Shown: positions 38,730 through 52,549 of the stretch, piece by piece
Position numbering within the stretch: the first letter of the stretch is position 1
How the letters are laid out: each line of letters begins with the position of its first letter
Assembly (NCBI GenBank): GCA_050084985.1
Contig: JBITNC010000002.1
Coordinates: 21,080,001-21,144,000 of the forward strand
Direction of reading: 5' to 3'
Length of the DNA: 64,000 nt
Source: Nageia nagi
Lineage: Eukaryota > Plantae > Pinophyta
The notes under the pieces: model-generated
Databases searched by the model: none
Told to the model about the DNA's origin: nothing
What the model saw: the letters and a program-made list of their open reading frames with translations, nothing else
Translations under genes and position numbers: made by a program

Positions 38730-40608
38730 GGTTTAATATAGAGGTTTACAAACACTAATGTTAGGGGCATATGATCATTTCATATTTATTTTAGGGGCAT
38801 GGCCTTAAGATATCAAAAGGTTGTAGCACTTAATTCCTTTATATCTTCACAGTGAACTATGACATGACTATGCTTATATATTCACAATGAGGATTCTCAT
38901 GATGATTGTATGCTCTATTATATGCTTATAAATAACATATTATTTGTATGTCCATATGTTATTTATATTTTATATATTTACATATCCTCCATGATGCTCT
39001 TTATGTTCAAGGATGTGATGTTCTATATGATCAAAAGTTTTTTATGTTCACATTCTCACATGTACTCTATGTTTATGCATGTTAACATGTTCTCCATGAT
39101 CACATATGCTTCTTAAAATCATTGCTATTATGATTTCTATGATCACATCACTATGCTTATAATTCATATGGGAAAATTATTAGAGTAGCCCTTTGTTGGT
39201 TGAGCTTACCAACCATTACTATTTGAGTATACCTTTATTGGTTGAGATTATCAATCATCATAGTTTGGATAACTCTATTTTGGTTGAGATTATCAACCAT
39301 CAAGTTCCTTATTCTTTATATCTATGAATCAAACATCTTGTTCTACCATGATGATAATCATCCATGAATAGATTAATATTTTGTACAATCATGATGCTTC
39401 TATGAATGAAGGACTATCTTCTTTCAAGATGATGTTTATTATCTCCAATCATCATGAAGACTATATGATAACTCTATTACTATTGCTATGATATCTTTTA
39501 CGATTTATCCCTTTATTATTTGTGTACTTCTATACTTTATATAATGATCTAATTGCTCATGATATTATGATCTAAATATATTTTTTAAATATATATGCTT
39601 TTATGGATGTTTTATTTTCTATTTTATTTTCATAGGTTCTTTACATTTTAATACACCAAATTATAATAGTTTATCCTACTACAATCATTACAAAGAGAGG
39701 GGAATAAACACCATTATAAATATATTAATGTAGAGACCTTTCTAAGATTCAAGTAGAGTGTTTTTCTTGCTCTATCATTCTTTCCCTAGCAAGCATAAGT
39801 TCATCTCACTTTCAAATTAAACATACAAAGGGGGGTAACTATTGATAATTAATTTTGACCACCCATGCTATTCACAATTAATTTCCATGTTGCTTATATC
39901 TTGTTATAATGATTCTTCCTTATGTTGGCTAACTTAATTTCTTTCTCAAGTAATATTATATATTATTATAGTGAAAGGTACATTAGTGTTGGTGTTGGCT
40001 TATAGATATGGAATATGTTTGTTCTTTTAAATATATGAAAGGTAAATATGTTACATGGGACATCTTATTAATATTTCATCTTGATAGCTAATACCAACTA
40101 TTATTTAGGTGTTTCGTAATATATACTATTGAGATTGATATCTTGTTATCTCTTGAGCATTTATTATTTCATATTTCATAATTATATGTTAGAATAGTTT
40201 TATTAATATATTATACTTCTATTTAACCTTGGATGCATAAATTAATATGCAAAGGCTTTAGTGTTGATGCTTGTATGGTCATGAATAATGAGGTAAGTGC
40301 AAACATTTTTCATAGCATAAATGCTAAGCTATGATCCTAGTCAACTATAAAATTCATATTACAAGATCTTGCTTATATCAATGAGACTCTATATGCATTT
40401 GCATTTGATTATCTAGGTAAGACAATAGGTATTTATTTCTCTTAATTTCTTTCTCAATAGAACATTACTTGAATCTTGATTTAATTGTTTGTATATCATC
40501 ATTTCTTATTTAGTTATTATTGGAGATTTGATTATTGTTCTTATTGCATTATCATTAAGAAATTTCATTCACATGTATGAGTGTTTAGCAGAATTTTCTA
40601 CCTAAACA
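38730..40608 (+). mobile_element. 3' end of a Tat/Ogre-type gypsy: 3' UTR repeats, PPT and putative 3' LTR (39840-40608)
   Basis: PPT aaaggggggtaac followed by tattgata (decayed TGTTGA); LTR-like end attttctacctaaaca; ~42-bp repeats ggttgagattatcaaccat at 39195-39305; weak integrase C-terminal similarity near 38750. Confidence 0.55.
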
Positions 40609-43019
40609 TATAGGGATCACTTTAAACATGAAACATATATTTTAATAAAGTAAAAATAGAATAAATTATTATCTTAATGATAATATAAAAATAGTTAAAT
40701 AATTTGGTAGATTACCCTACATTTTTTTGAATTTTAAAATTGTGAGGTAAACTATTCTAGAAACCTACTCATGATCACTAGTAAGGTTAACTTTTAACAT
40801 CTTATCCATCCACTTGGACTATATGGATAGAAAGTACAAGAATAGCCAACTCATAGTTAAATAGTAGCCAAATTACAATATGTTGGAATACCCATCCAAA
40901 CATTTGAACTTGATACCTCTTATAAAAGAGTCAAATCTTCAACCATTACACTATCCCATGGGGGATTGTATAATACCATATATTACCTAAGTATATTTCA
41001 TGTTAAATATTGTAGTCTTAAACAAATATAAATCATACTTATTTAATTCAAGTACTACATTATGCTATGTTTATGCATAATATTGTATATTGTTTCTAAA
41101 ATATAATGACTTATTTTACTAAGTATGATGATAGCCTATACTAGTGCTTAATGATATAGGAGAAAGAAAAATGTTTAAAGCCTAAGGTGAGGGTAGGACC
41201 CAAAGAGATATTATTGATACATTAATGTAAGTATTATTATTATAGATATGAGAGTACTACATATTTTATTTGGTTGGTCAAAATTATAGAAAATATTACT
41301 CTCTTTGTATTAATTGGAATGAAGGACCTTACATTATATCATAATGGATAACTAGGTTTATTTTCAAAAGAAGCCTAATTGGATGTACCTTTAATTACAT
41401 AACCTTTGGAAGTTACTTTCAAAGGAATGTTATTACCTTAAATCAAAATAAGAAATCATTGTTTTCCTTATAGTATTTATATTATATCATGGTTAAGTAA
41501 GAATATATTAATTTGTACACAACTCCAAATATAATTACTTTAAATTACCAAATAAGAGATTCATTATGTTAATTAACATATTTATTTATGTAGCTAAATA
41601 CAAACTAATATAGTTAGAAATTAATTGTAAGTAAAATAATAACTTCACATGTGGCAACTCATAACTTCAAGGTAAATAGGGGTGCAAATAGTTAAATATC
41701 CTTGATCATTTTGAATTGAATACTTCATTGGGTGACCATTTTATTATATTTTTGCAATAAATAATGATATGAAATACCACATTTATTAGATGATTCTATT
41801 TATTGTTGCAAAATTCAAGAAAAATATTTTTAAAATGTAAATTAATTAATAAATTCAAACTAGATGATATTGACAGTAACTTATACATCCTACATGATAA
41901 TAAGAAGAATATTTCATTATTTAAATATTATATTAATACCTTATTAATTGATGTAAGGGTTAAAAATAGGTTTATTTAGCATTTTGATATCTCTAATGAT
42001 GGATAATAACAAGAATATTTATAAATGACTTTTAAATGTCTCCATGGTAATGTGGGTAAAAATTATTAAAATTAAGTTGGTAAATTTTGGTCTTTTAAGT
42101 CCATGATACTATTCAAAGATGAGGTAGAGAATTCATACACATTATTAGACCTAGAGATAGATAAAGAAATGGGCATGTAGATTGTTGATGTATTCATAGG
42201 GCCATGGAATTTTTTATTATTTTAGCTATGCAAGATAGGTTAGAGAATGTCAAGTTTACATTTTTTGAAAGAGTAAGGGATTGTGCATAGGTATTTCATG
42301 GGTTTAAAAGAGATGATAACAAAGAGTAAACTCATGTATGAGAATAAAACTATTCCAAATCAAGGTAAACACACTTAAATTTTCTCTATTTTTGAGTTAC
42401 AATGATGGGAAGAGATGAAAGAATATCAAAACTCATTCAGGAAAGTTCTATTTTGAGATAGTAATACTTACTCATCTATTTGAATAATTATATTTACATA
42501 TTCTACAAAGCGAATAAATATTAAAAGATTTCATTCTACATTCCTTGTGGTGATTTCAAACAAGGAATGTTACATTTTGTTAGATTAATTTCTAACCATG
42601 TATAGGACAAAGCATATATTTTTGCTTCCTTTGCATTTGACACTATATATTGAAGGAACATTGTATAGTAATTGTATGTTGTAGTATTATCCTTACATAA
42701 AGATGCACCTAGTTTGTAGAATGTTTTAGACTATTATTGTTATATTTTAGTTTGGTTTACTTGTACTCTCATTGTAGTACAATGACCATGTCTAAAATAT
42801 TCTTATGGTGCATATTTTGTACATTATACGTATGAGTGTGTTGATTGCATTCAAACTATAGCGAATGACCATGAATAGGAGTTGTTTATATTATTCATTT
42901 ATTTATCATAGGTACTTAGGTATTTTGGAAAATTTCTCAGGAGTGATAGTTAAAGATTATATACGAATTAGTAATTTAGTTATAGGAGTTTAGTAATGAA
43001 CGTGGGAAATAGTAAATAG

Positions 43020-44180
43020 ATGAAACACATTTGTAGAAAATGTATTTTAAAATAATGAATATTATATGCAAATTTTATTTATAAGTTAATCAAATATTTT
43101 GAAGGAAACAATAGATTTTTTTATCAAGGTGGTGTTTGATATTTCCTTTGAAAGGGTTTCTACCATAAAAATAATTGTGTCACTATGTGAATTCTTTTGT
43201 TGTTTAATTTATTAATATTATAGTGGTTTATCTAAAATCAATGTTTAGTTAAGAAAGTAATTACATTAGAATTAAAATTCATAATTGGAATAAATTAACC
43301 AAATTAATAGGGTTTAATGATAAAGGAACCTTTGTGAAGATTGAGGCCTCTAGTAGGATAAATTAATCATAAAGCTACATGAGTATAAATAAATTCATAA
43401 TGAAGAAAAAATTTCCTAATTAGTTTTAAGAACAATTGACCAAGATGAATAAGATGCAAGTAAAATAATAAAAATACTATTGGGTTAAATACTAATTAAG
43501 TTACTAGGTATATCCATACAATTAAAATATTAAAAAATATATAATACATAGTTGTTAGTATACAATTAAAAGATTAAGAAGTATATAAGAAATGTTATTT
43601 GTGGGTTGTTTATTTAGTTAGAAGACCATACTAAGGAAAGGGAAATAATAAATTTCTATGTGATAGATGAAATGGATTGGTAGAAAATAAATTGTAAAAT
43701 GATGAATATTGTTTGTAAAATTTATTTAAGAATCAATGGTTATTTTTTCAAGAAACAATAGCTTTAGCTACCAAGATTGTTTTTTACCATTTCTCATAAA
43801 TGTTTCTACCATAAAAATGATGGTGTCATTAAGCGAATGTTTATATTGTTTATATTGGTAACATTATAGTGATTATCTAAAAATAATTCTTAGTTAAGAA
43901 AATACTAATGCACTTCATAATAGGAATAAATAAACCTCACCATAATTGCATATTGTAATAAGGTTTTTTGGTAAAAGAACCCTTATAAATATTTTAGGAG
44001 TTGATAGGACTAATTAATCATAAAGTTCCATGAGTAGAAATAAAATGATATTTAGAAAGTGTCTTAATTAATTTTAGAAAAAACTAAATAAGATTTGTAA
44101 GAAAGTAACAATTTTGAATAAAGGTAGATCCCAATATATTTAAAATATTAAAAAATTTGTAATAGATCTCATAATTATGA
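43020..44180. repeat. Old ~0.65-kb tandem duplication
   Basis: tttctaccataaaaat...ttatagtg..ttatctaaaa..tagttaagaaa at ~43157 and ~43803; boundaries approximate. Confidence 0.7.
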
Positions 44181-44423
44181 ATAGTAAAAACTAAAGGAGA
44201 GTCTTCTTGGCTATGAAAATAACTCTTAATGGAGTTCCATCAAAATCACTATTTACTTATTAGAGTAAAACAAGTTATTTAACCTTAAAGTAAATATATC
44301 AATGGTTAGAAATTAAACATGATTGACACTTGAGTGATATATATAATAAAAAAAGAAGACATCTTAGGTTTTGCATGCCTTATGGAGGATTCCTAATAGA
44401 CATCATGTACCTACCTTTCACTT

Positions 44424-45050
44424 GGAGTTATCTATTTTACCATAAAAGCGACATCCCATACCTCTGACATCATCAGGAAAAAGGACCTTTACACACAACT
44501 CAATGGTGATGCCAACCAATTTTTATCTCTAGCAAGGTCTGTAAATGCTAAGCATTATTTACAATAGTAAATTCCTAGCATGTTGTTCCTCATCATAAAT
44601 TATAGGCATGTTTTGCATTGTAGATGCCTAGAGTTTACCATAGGCCACACCATTTGACTTCTTCATTTTATTATAGCTTTAAATGCCAGATGTGTCTATG
44701 AGTTAAATGCTTGGCATTTACCACATCTTCTCTCTCCCACCTAGATTTTGAATATAGAACACATGTGCATTTGATTTTATTCATTACACACTAGGCATTT
44801 ACTACATTTCTCTTATCACCTAGCCTTTATTATGTATTAAATGATCGATGTTTACCACATCCTCTCTCTCCCACTAATATTTCAAACATTTCACATGTGT
44901 GCAATTAGTTTTATTTTACATACCATGCATTTACCACTATTTCCATCGTGTCCCACATATGCATATTAATTATTATTTTGTAGTAATCATATGGAGTTTA
45001 TTGCAGCTTCTTTATTGCCAAGCATTTACTATGTAGTAAATGCTTAGCAA
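44424..45050 (+). repeat. Left TIR (~630 bp) containing GCATTTAC motifs
   Basis: Colinear with the reverse complement of 63215-63845. Confidence 0.9.
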
Positions 45051-45591
45051 TTACTATGTAATAAATGCTTAGTAAATACTACTTTTTCTTTCCCTCGCCC
45101 AGCTCCTAGATCAATTTTCAATGGCTTCCTATGTGTGTATTAATTAACTATGTAACACACCTAGCATTTACAATGTAGTAATTACCAAATGTTAATTACA
45201 TTTCTTTATCATTAGGCATTTACTACGTAGTAAATGCCAGGTGTTTATGACTTTTTTTCTCTCTCTTTTTAATATGGTGATAACTATCTCTGTTGATATG
45301 ACAAGTGTCCCATTAACATTTATGGTTAATGTTAATGCCTAGTATTTATTACAAACATAACAAAAAATAGAAGACTATTTATTTTGTTTCATTACAACAC
45401 TATGTGGGATTGCAATAGAGCACGATAGAACAAACTATCTACACCAGGTGTTCATAGAATGATTTTTTCTTTCTTTTTGCATTTTATATGGCATATCTAA
45501 ATGTTGTTAATTTTCATCAATTTTTACCAAATAAAACTTTGTTGCCTTTATTTACATGGTATTTTGTGATTCTAAATAAATTTTAAACACA

Positions 45592-47958
45592 TGTAATCCT
45601 CCAAAAATTGATGTTAAATCCATAAGATGAAAGATTATCCAAGTGTATTTGTAAGATTTCAAGACTATCCAAGTGCATTTGCAAGATTTCATGCAAGTCC
45701 TGAAACCTAGTTACATGATCAACGTAACATCCATGGAATCCATGTCCAAACCATTGTGCTTTCATTTGTATTATTAGGAAATAAGTGATATAAAATAAAT
45801 ATGTTGGAAGAATGTTTTGTAGTTCTATTCATAGGTATAAATTCTCAGAAATTCTCCATTTGTTTCCATTTACTATAAGGGCTTTAACAGTTGGTACATA
45901 CTTTAACTGAGACTATAATTCACATAGCCCTTATTTTACATCTACCTTGAAAAGTTTAGGTTTCTAGCTTACCGCTTTAATTATTTTCCAAGGATGAAGT
46001 TTTAACATCATAGTACATGAGCATTTTAACATTTTCCAACAAAATATTATGCACTAAGAAGGTTTAAATATTGTTGGGTTAGAATTTGATTATAATATTC
46101 ATTTTTCACAACAACTAATAATGCATATAATAATTACTTAGGTTTTGATATTTCCTCATGTTTGGTCCATGAGAGAACCATTTAGAGAAACTAACATAAA
46201 TCTTTGATCAGTTTGGAAGAAAATCCCATGAATAAATAGATAAATGGGTTTTTTCAATTATAAGGATGAATGCTTTACCCCATATCAATAAACATGGCTC
46301 ACAACTAGACTCCAATAATTTGGTCTAATGATAAGCCCTACTATTATTATTTAAGTTAGGGTAGTGGCCTTCCTACTCAACAATCCAAAAAGTTCTTTTT
46401 GTTGAAGATAAAGTAAAAAATAATGGTAGGGGCCTTATATAAAATAGAGGTTAATTATATTGTATTAAAAATAAATTGCTATCATAACCACTCGTTTATG
46501 GGTAAAAAATTATAATAGAAGAAATTATATAAAGTAAACCATTTGATTGCATGCAACATTGTAACAAGATCATAAAGTACTGATCCATCAAAAGATAATA
46601 CTAAAAAACTCAAATTGAAATTATTAATTAAAAAATTACAAGAATTGATAGCAATATTACAATATCATCCTAATATAGTAAATAATATTGAAAGATGAAT
46701 GATAGAGTTTGTGAGATAGAAAAATCTTAATCTTGATAAGTGATGTTGATAAAAATGTAAGAAGTAGTGTACATGGTCCAATCAAGATGAAGACTTTATT
46801 ATCATCCAATTTGAGGGTCTTCCCTTTTTATATATAAGTGAATCATTATGCATTCACCTAAAGGACAACATTGATGCCATGGACTTGCACAATAAAAGAG
46901 AAAATAAATGAGATTTTTACTTTTTGAAAAAATACATTTATGTTTTTCATAATTCTATATGTGGACTATGATTTTGTCAAATCTCTTAAAGTCTCAAACA
47001 CTCCACTTTCTACTTTTGTAAATAGGTATATTTCTTCACATTGAGTTTTACCTTGGATATCTTTCCATCTATCTTGAATAATATTATTTTCACTAGCAAT
47101 CTTCTATTCTTCTTGTAGATTAGACACCCTACAAAAGAAGGAAACTCTAGGAGACCAAAAACTTCTAGAGGTTCAAGGGATAAAACCTTTGATCTCATTT
47201 CCTTTAGGTTGATCAATTCAAGATATACACTTATGCATCAAATATTTAGTACCTTCACTCCAAGGTATAACATCCAACCTTAGATACGATTTTGTTGAGT
47301 TTTGTGGTGCATTAAATCTAGTCCCTATACAATTGCTAACTTTTCTCTATGCTGTCAGGGAAGAAATCCTTTATCTTTAGCCTTTACATCTCATAACATA
47401 GGTATTGTATTTTGAATATACATTTACATATCATATTTTGAATATACCTTTACATATCATAACACTTGTGTTGTAATATTTATAATGTAATATTTCTCTT
47501 TAATGTAAATTGAGTTAATGCTTAAAGTATCTTTCAATACCTTAAATCATTAAGGGAATAAAAATAGAAAGAGGATTAAATATAGAATGAGAATTAATAT
47601 AGACACACTTTTCCTTACCATTGGGTAAACGGAATGCTAGATGGTGGGTTACTTCTTATAAATAGAGAGATAATCGTCTCATTATGTTACTTGATCTAAC
47701 TTGATAAAGCATGTTAATGCTTATCTTGTAAAGATACTCTTGTAAAAGTTTTGTTGAAAATTTGTAGGAGATTTATCTTCTAAGAAAGTAATAAAATGAT
47801 GGTTCAAAGTGGATGTACTTCCAAGAGATAGAGGAACCACTATACATGATGCATTATCTTTTGTGGGATTATTTATTGCATTGCTATAAGAATGAATATT
47901 AGATTTGTTGGAGAAGCTTCAAGGTGATCTTGGTTTATGGAATCCTTTAATTCCATCA
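45592..47958 (+). mobile_element. Possible heavily decayed LTR-retrotransposon remnant interrupting the subterminal repeats
   Basis: TGTAAT start, weak gag/protease-like traces, LTR-like TATA region near 47657; no TSD found. Confidence 0.3.
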
Positions 47959-47959
47959 A

Positions 47960-48985
47960 TAGTAAACATTTGGCATATACTGTATGAAGTTTAAAAAATC
48001 TTGTAGTAAATGCCAAGTGTTTACTATATGAATTGTAGTAAATTCAAGGCATTTATTATATGATTGAACATAGTAGTAAACACCTAGCATTTACTGTATG
48101 GAGTTTTACAAACCTTGTAGTAAATGCTAGGTGTTTACTATATGAAGTTGTAGTAAACACCAAGCATTTACTATATGATTTTAAAATCTTATACTATGAC
48201 ACACAATCTACAAAATTTTTTTTCTAAAGTTTCTATTTGTAATGGGTATTTTTTTATGTATCTTGGTGTTTGTAGATCACATAAGAATGTATAAAAATCT
48301 TTCATTATTGTGATTAAAAAATATGGATTTACATTGCATACAAAATTATTTCAATTATAGCATTCAATACAAAATTGATTGAATAGAAAAGCTCTAGAAA
48401 CATCATGTTGCCTTCACTACGAGAACTACTATCATTCAATAATGAACATTAATAATTCTATTGTAAAAAGAGAAGTATTCAAAATCAATCTTAGCACATT
48501 GCATAATCTTCCAAGTACTTTGTCTATGTAGGCTTGCACCCATGGATACTACTCAATACTTGCAAATCACAATATGAAATAGAAGGAATAGCTTGATTAA
48601 TTTACAACCCAAGTTACCTTACAAGAAATTTGATGTCAAAAATTACAATTGTTGTTGATGGTATTTATTTATATTGGAGCATTCCCCTACAAATGAAATC
48701 CTATGAGCACACTTGTGTGTTGTCTCATTATCTATAACTCAAAGGCATAATAGATGTATAAGTCTAAACATTAATATACCAATAATAATGATAAAAGTAT
48801 AAATACAAATAGTAGCTTACCACCTCTAACTTGTGTAGATACATTTGAATGGTCAATTATATGATCATTTACTACATAAAAAAGTAAACTCCTAGCATTT
48901 ACTACATAAAAAAGTAAACTCTTGGCATTTACTACATAATCAATGCTGGGAAAATAGCAAATTCTAGTGTTTACTACATAATGAG
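47960..48985. repeat. Internal clusters of the palindromic TIR motif (GTAGTAAATGC..GCATTTACTAC) at 47960-48180 and 48860-48985
   Basis: Same motif as 45020-45245 and 63025-63240. Confidence 0.8.
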
Positions 48986-49699
48986 ACATTGATTCTCTAT
49001 TTAGTCACTTTCTATTATAATTTTTTTACCACAAGCTTCTTCAATTTCAAGGTTTCTATCACTTAACTATTAACAAAAAATGTACATTTAACATTATTGC
49101 AACCATAAGACCATCATGACACTACACAAGTCAAAACATGTAACATTGCATTAATATTAAAACTTCTTTATAAAGGAATCATCCAAAAAAATATAGGTCT
49201 CTATCCATATGATATAAATGATGGTCACATGCCATCCAGGTATCTATCCAAATGATACAAATAATGGCCACATGCCATCTAGGTCTCCATCCATCTATGA
49301 TATAAAGAATGACTTATGAAAAAAAATGCAAGTCCTTGTTCATGTTTCTTGGTCTTCAATTAGCATAGATTAGCAAATAAAATAAATGCAAATATAACCT
49401 ACACATAAAAAGAAAAATATCAGCAACTTTCTTTGTGTTTGTGTTAAACAAAAAAGTAAAGAACTCTTGGAATAAATGTTAGGCATTTATAACATTGTGT
49501 TAAACAAAAAAAAATAGGTTTGCAATAAATTCCATGTGTTTATATCATTTTAATAAACAAAAAAAATGCATTCTTTCAATAAACTCTAGGTGTTTACAAT
49601 CATGTGTAAAACAAAAAAAAAAAGCATTATTCATAGATGAAGCATTCTTGCAAAAAAAAAATGAAAGACATTTTGTGATGGAAAATGATAATTTCATGT

Positions 49700-50330
49700 T
49701 ACCAAAGAAAGTAATGATTGAAAGGTATGCATAAAATAAGTATGTTGAAAGGGATCTTGAAGAAGGTATGAATATCCATAAAAGAGTAGTTGAAAATGAT
49801 TTTTCATCGAATACATAAGCCATAGGAATTGCTTGACAAAATGCATGATGTAGATACAATTTCATGGATTGCAATGATCATAGGATATGCATAACATGAT
49901 GCAGACATCATTTCATAGACTACAATTTGATCAAAAGATATGTATAAAATGAATAAATTGAAAGGGCCCATGAATTATTTGAGGAAATGCATCATCAAGA
50001 TACAATCTCATGGAATACAATGATCCTAGGATATGCACAACATGTAAGTATAAAGTGTAAAGCCAAACTTTGCAACCTTTTCTAGCATTCTTCTAGTATG
50101 TACCACCATGGGATATCTAAAAGAATGTATTAACATCCATCAATAAGTAGTTGAAAATGAATTTTCATCATATTTTGTGGTTACGAACACCCTAATAGAC
50201 ATGTATGAAGAATGTGAAAGAATATGTAAGGCTTAGGAATTGTTTGATAAGATGCATGATGTAGACACATTTTTATTGGAAGGAATATACAGGTTATTGA
50301 TAAGGCCTAGGAATTGTTGGGAAGGAATAT
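49700..50330 (+). pseudogene. PLS-class pentatricopeptide repeat (PPR) gene fragment inside the giant MULE
   Basis: ELLDKMHDVDTISWIAMIIGYA*; ERAHELFEEMHHQDTISWNTMILGYAQH; FATFSSILLVC; VVTNTLIDMYEEC..A*ELFDKM; stops and internal deletions. Confidence 0.85.
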
Positions 50331-50939
50331 ATAGGTTGTTGATAGTAAAAGTAGTCTTCAAATTAAAATAGCAAAAAATGCAAGAAATACATTATTGACA
50401 ATAATAAATAATATTAACTATAAATACGATCACCCAATATTAAAAAAAAAACATAAAATGATAATAATTACAGCACAAGTCACTTCATAGGGTCCTTTTT
50501 CCTAGTATTCCTTTTAATGACTTTTTTTTATTTAACTTGAACATTGTGTAAATGAAAAAAAAAAACATTCAATCTTTTCTATTTTTCCATAGTGCATCCA
50601 ATAATATGAAACAAAAGCACTTGCAAAAAAAAAATGTCAACAATGTAATAAAAAGATATTCACTTAGTGTCCTTAGAATTTGATTTCTTGATAGTGATTC
50701 TTTTCTTCAAGTTGGATTCAATACTTTTCTTATCCTTCTTCCATTCCTTCCTCTTTTGCATAGGCATCCCTGGTGGAGATATGTTGGTGCATATATAAGC
50801 TTCATTTATTTCTATGGTAGTTCTCTTTGGTTGTTTTCTGTTAGGTGGAGCTGGTATTTTCCAATCACAACAAATATTTAAATCATATATAATTTGCATG
50901 AAACAAATTTTTTATGTCTCAAACAGACTTGGATCTACA

Positions 50940-51702
50940 TCATTTTTTAGGAGGCTTTACATCAATTCATCTATTCATCTATATATCAAATGATGATTGA
51001 TGTGCTATTTAAAACATTCCTTACTTGTACATACAATTTCACCATTCTCAATAAAATCATTCTTTCTCTCAAATATCAAAATAAATAAATATGTTTTCTC
51101 TTCATACAAACTTGAACCAATTGTATCATTTAGATAATATTCCTCCTTTTCAACCTTAAGAACAAAAAAATGTTCATTCCATGAAATAATGTAGATAGAT
51201 GGATTGCCTTTTGAAACACTTTCCCATTCAGTCTTGAAGGATGGAAAGTCAGCTCTATCTAGCATTTTCTCAAGGAGACCATGTGGTCAAACCAACCACT
51301 ATACTCTACTATAAGTGCTAGAGATTGAATTTCCTCTCCAATACATCTCTCATCCCAAAATAGCCATTTGGATATTAACTTCTAAACTTTTATTCTTACT
51401 TCAACAACTAATAATGTAAGCTTCCATATGCTATCATCTTATCAAATTCAATTATTGGGGAAAAAGACCTAGATTCTTATATAACTAGTCTACTATTGCT
51501 ACAACCAAAATACTACAAGAACTTCATCCACCACCAACATTCCTCTAGTCTACTCCCACATTATATACACTAGTATAAATTATTTTATTCCCATTCTTAA
51601 TACATTACTCAATTTCTACAAATGTCATAGTCTGGCTAATCTTGCTTGTCAAATGGTTGACATGTCCACCAAGCAACTTAGAATTTCCAACTATGCTATC
51701 CT
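50940..51702 (-). pseudogene. Decayed homolog of the C-terminal domain of the At3g11760/At5g04860 family
   Basis: GVD*RNVGGG*SSCSILVVAIVD*L (cf. SIDQRSERAAGESACTALVAVIADW), EFDKMIAYGS, YPNGYF, YIISWNEHFFVLKVEKEEYYLNDTIG, EIVCTSKECFK; recognised from memory. Confidence 0.75.
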
Positions 51703-52549
51703 AAAAATGATAGAAAGAGAGTAAAGTACAATTAAAATTTGTTTAGTGAACTAGTTAACTAGTTCCAACATGGAAATAACATATAAACTAAATTATAAAA
51801 ACCCTACTTCATATAATGTAATGATTACATTTGAGCTATGATGATTCTCTTTGTGATTAGTATCCATGAAATCAACCTCAATAATTACCCATCTCACAAT
51901 CCCTTTTACAACAACTTTTAGTATAATGGCTTCTGGATGTGGTAAGGGTAGTTGGTACTCATCCACATGAGGTTCCATAACTTGCACTCATATGTTACCC
52001 TCATTTATCTACTCAAAATGACATCTTTCATCCATATTAACACTAAAGACCCTCCCACCCTAAGCACACAATGATCACCAATTGCAAGAAGTAACACTAC
52101 TTGATTTTTTTGAAATACAATTTTTGGAGGCTCATGCTCAACCGCCTACACAAGTATTTGGTAACCATTTATGTTGGTATATAAATAATAATTGTTGATA
52201 TATAATTGGTAAATAAGTATTTCCTAAACATTATTATTATTTTATGCTAATAAAGATGATCAACACCTCTATCACAACAACTTTTTTTTTTATGCATAGT
52301 GATCTTCATTGGTAACTCCTTTCACCAATTCACTAATGCCATCAAAAAGATCAGTCTCCATCAAGTTGCCTTCATCTTCCTATATGTTTCATTGGATTTA
52401 ATAAATATACATATATTTTCAATGTTAATGGAGGAAATTTCAAATCAAAAAATCATTTTCAAAAATGAAGCTAAAATTGCATCAAACTACAAGATTTGCA
52501 ACATGGTTCATACATACATACATCAAAGTCTATTTAATAGTGTATTTCT

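Noticed and set aside
40900-42900. Possible very old gypsy pol remnant
   Set aside because: Only faint motif traces; cannot be supported without a search
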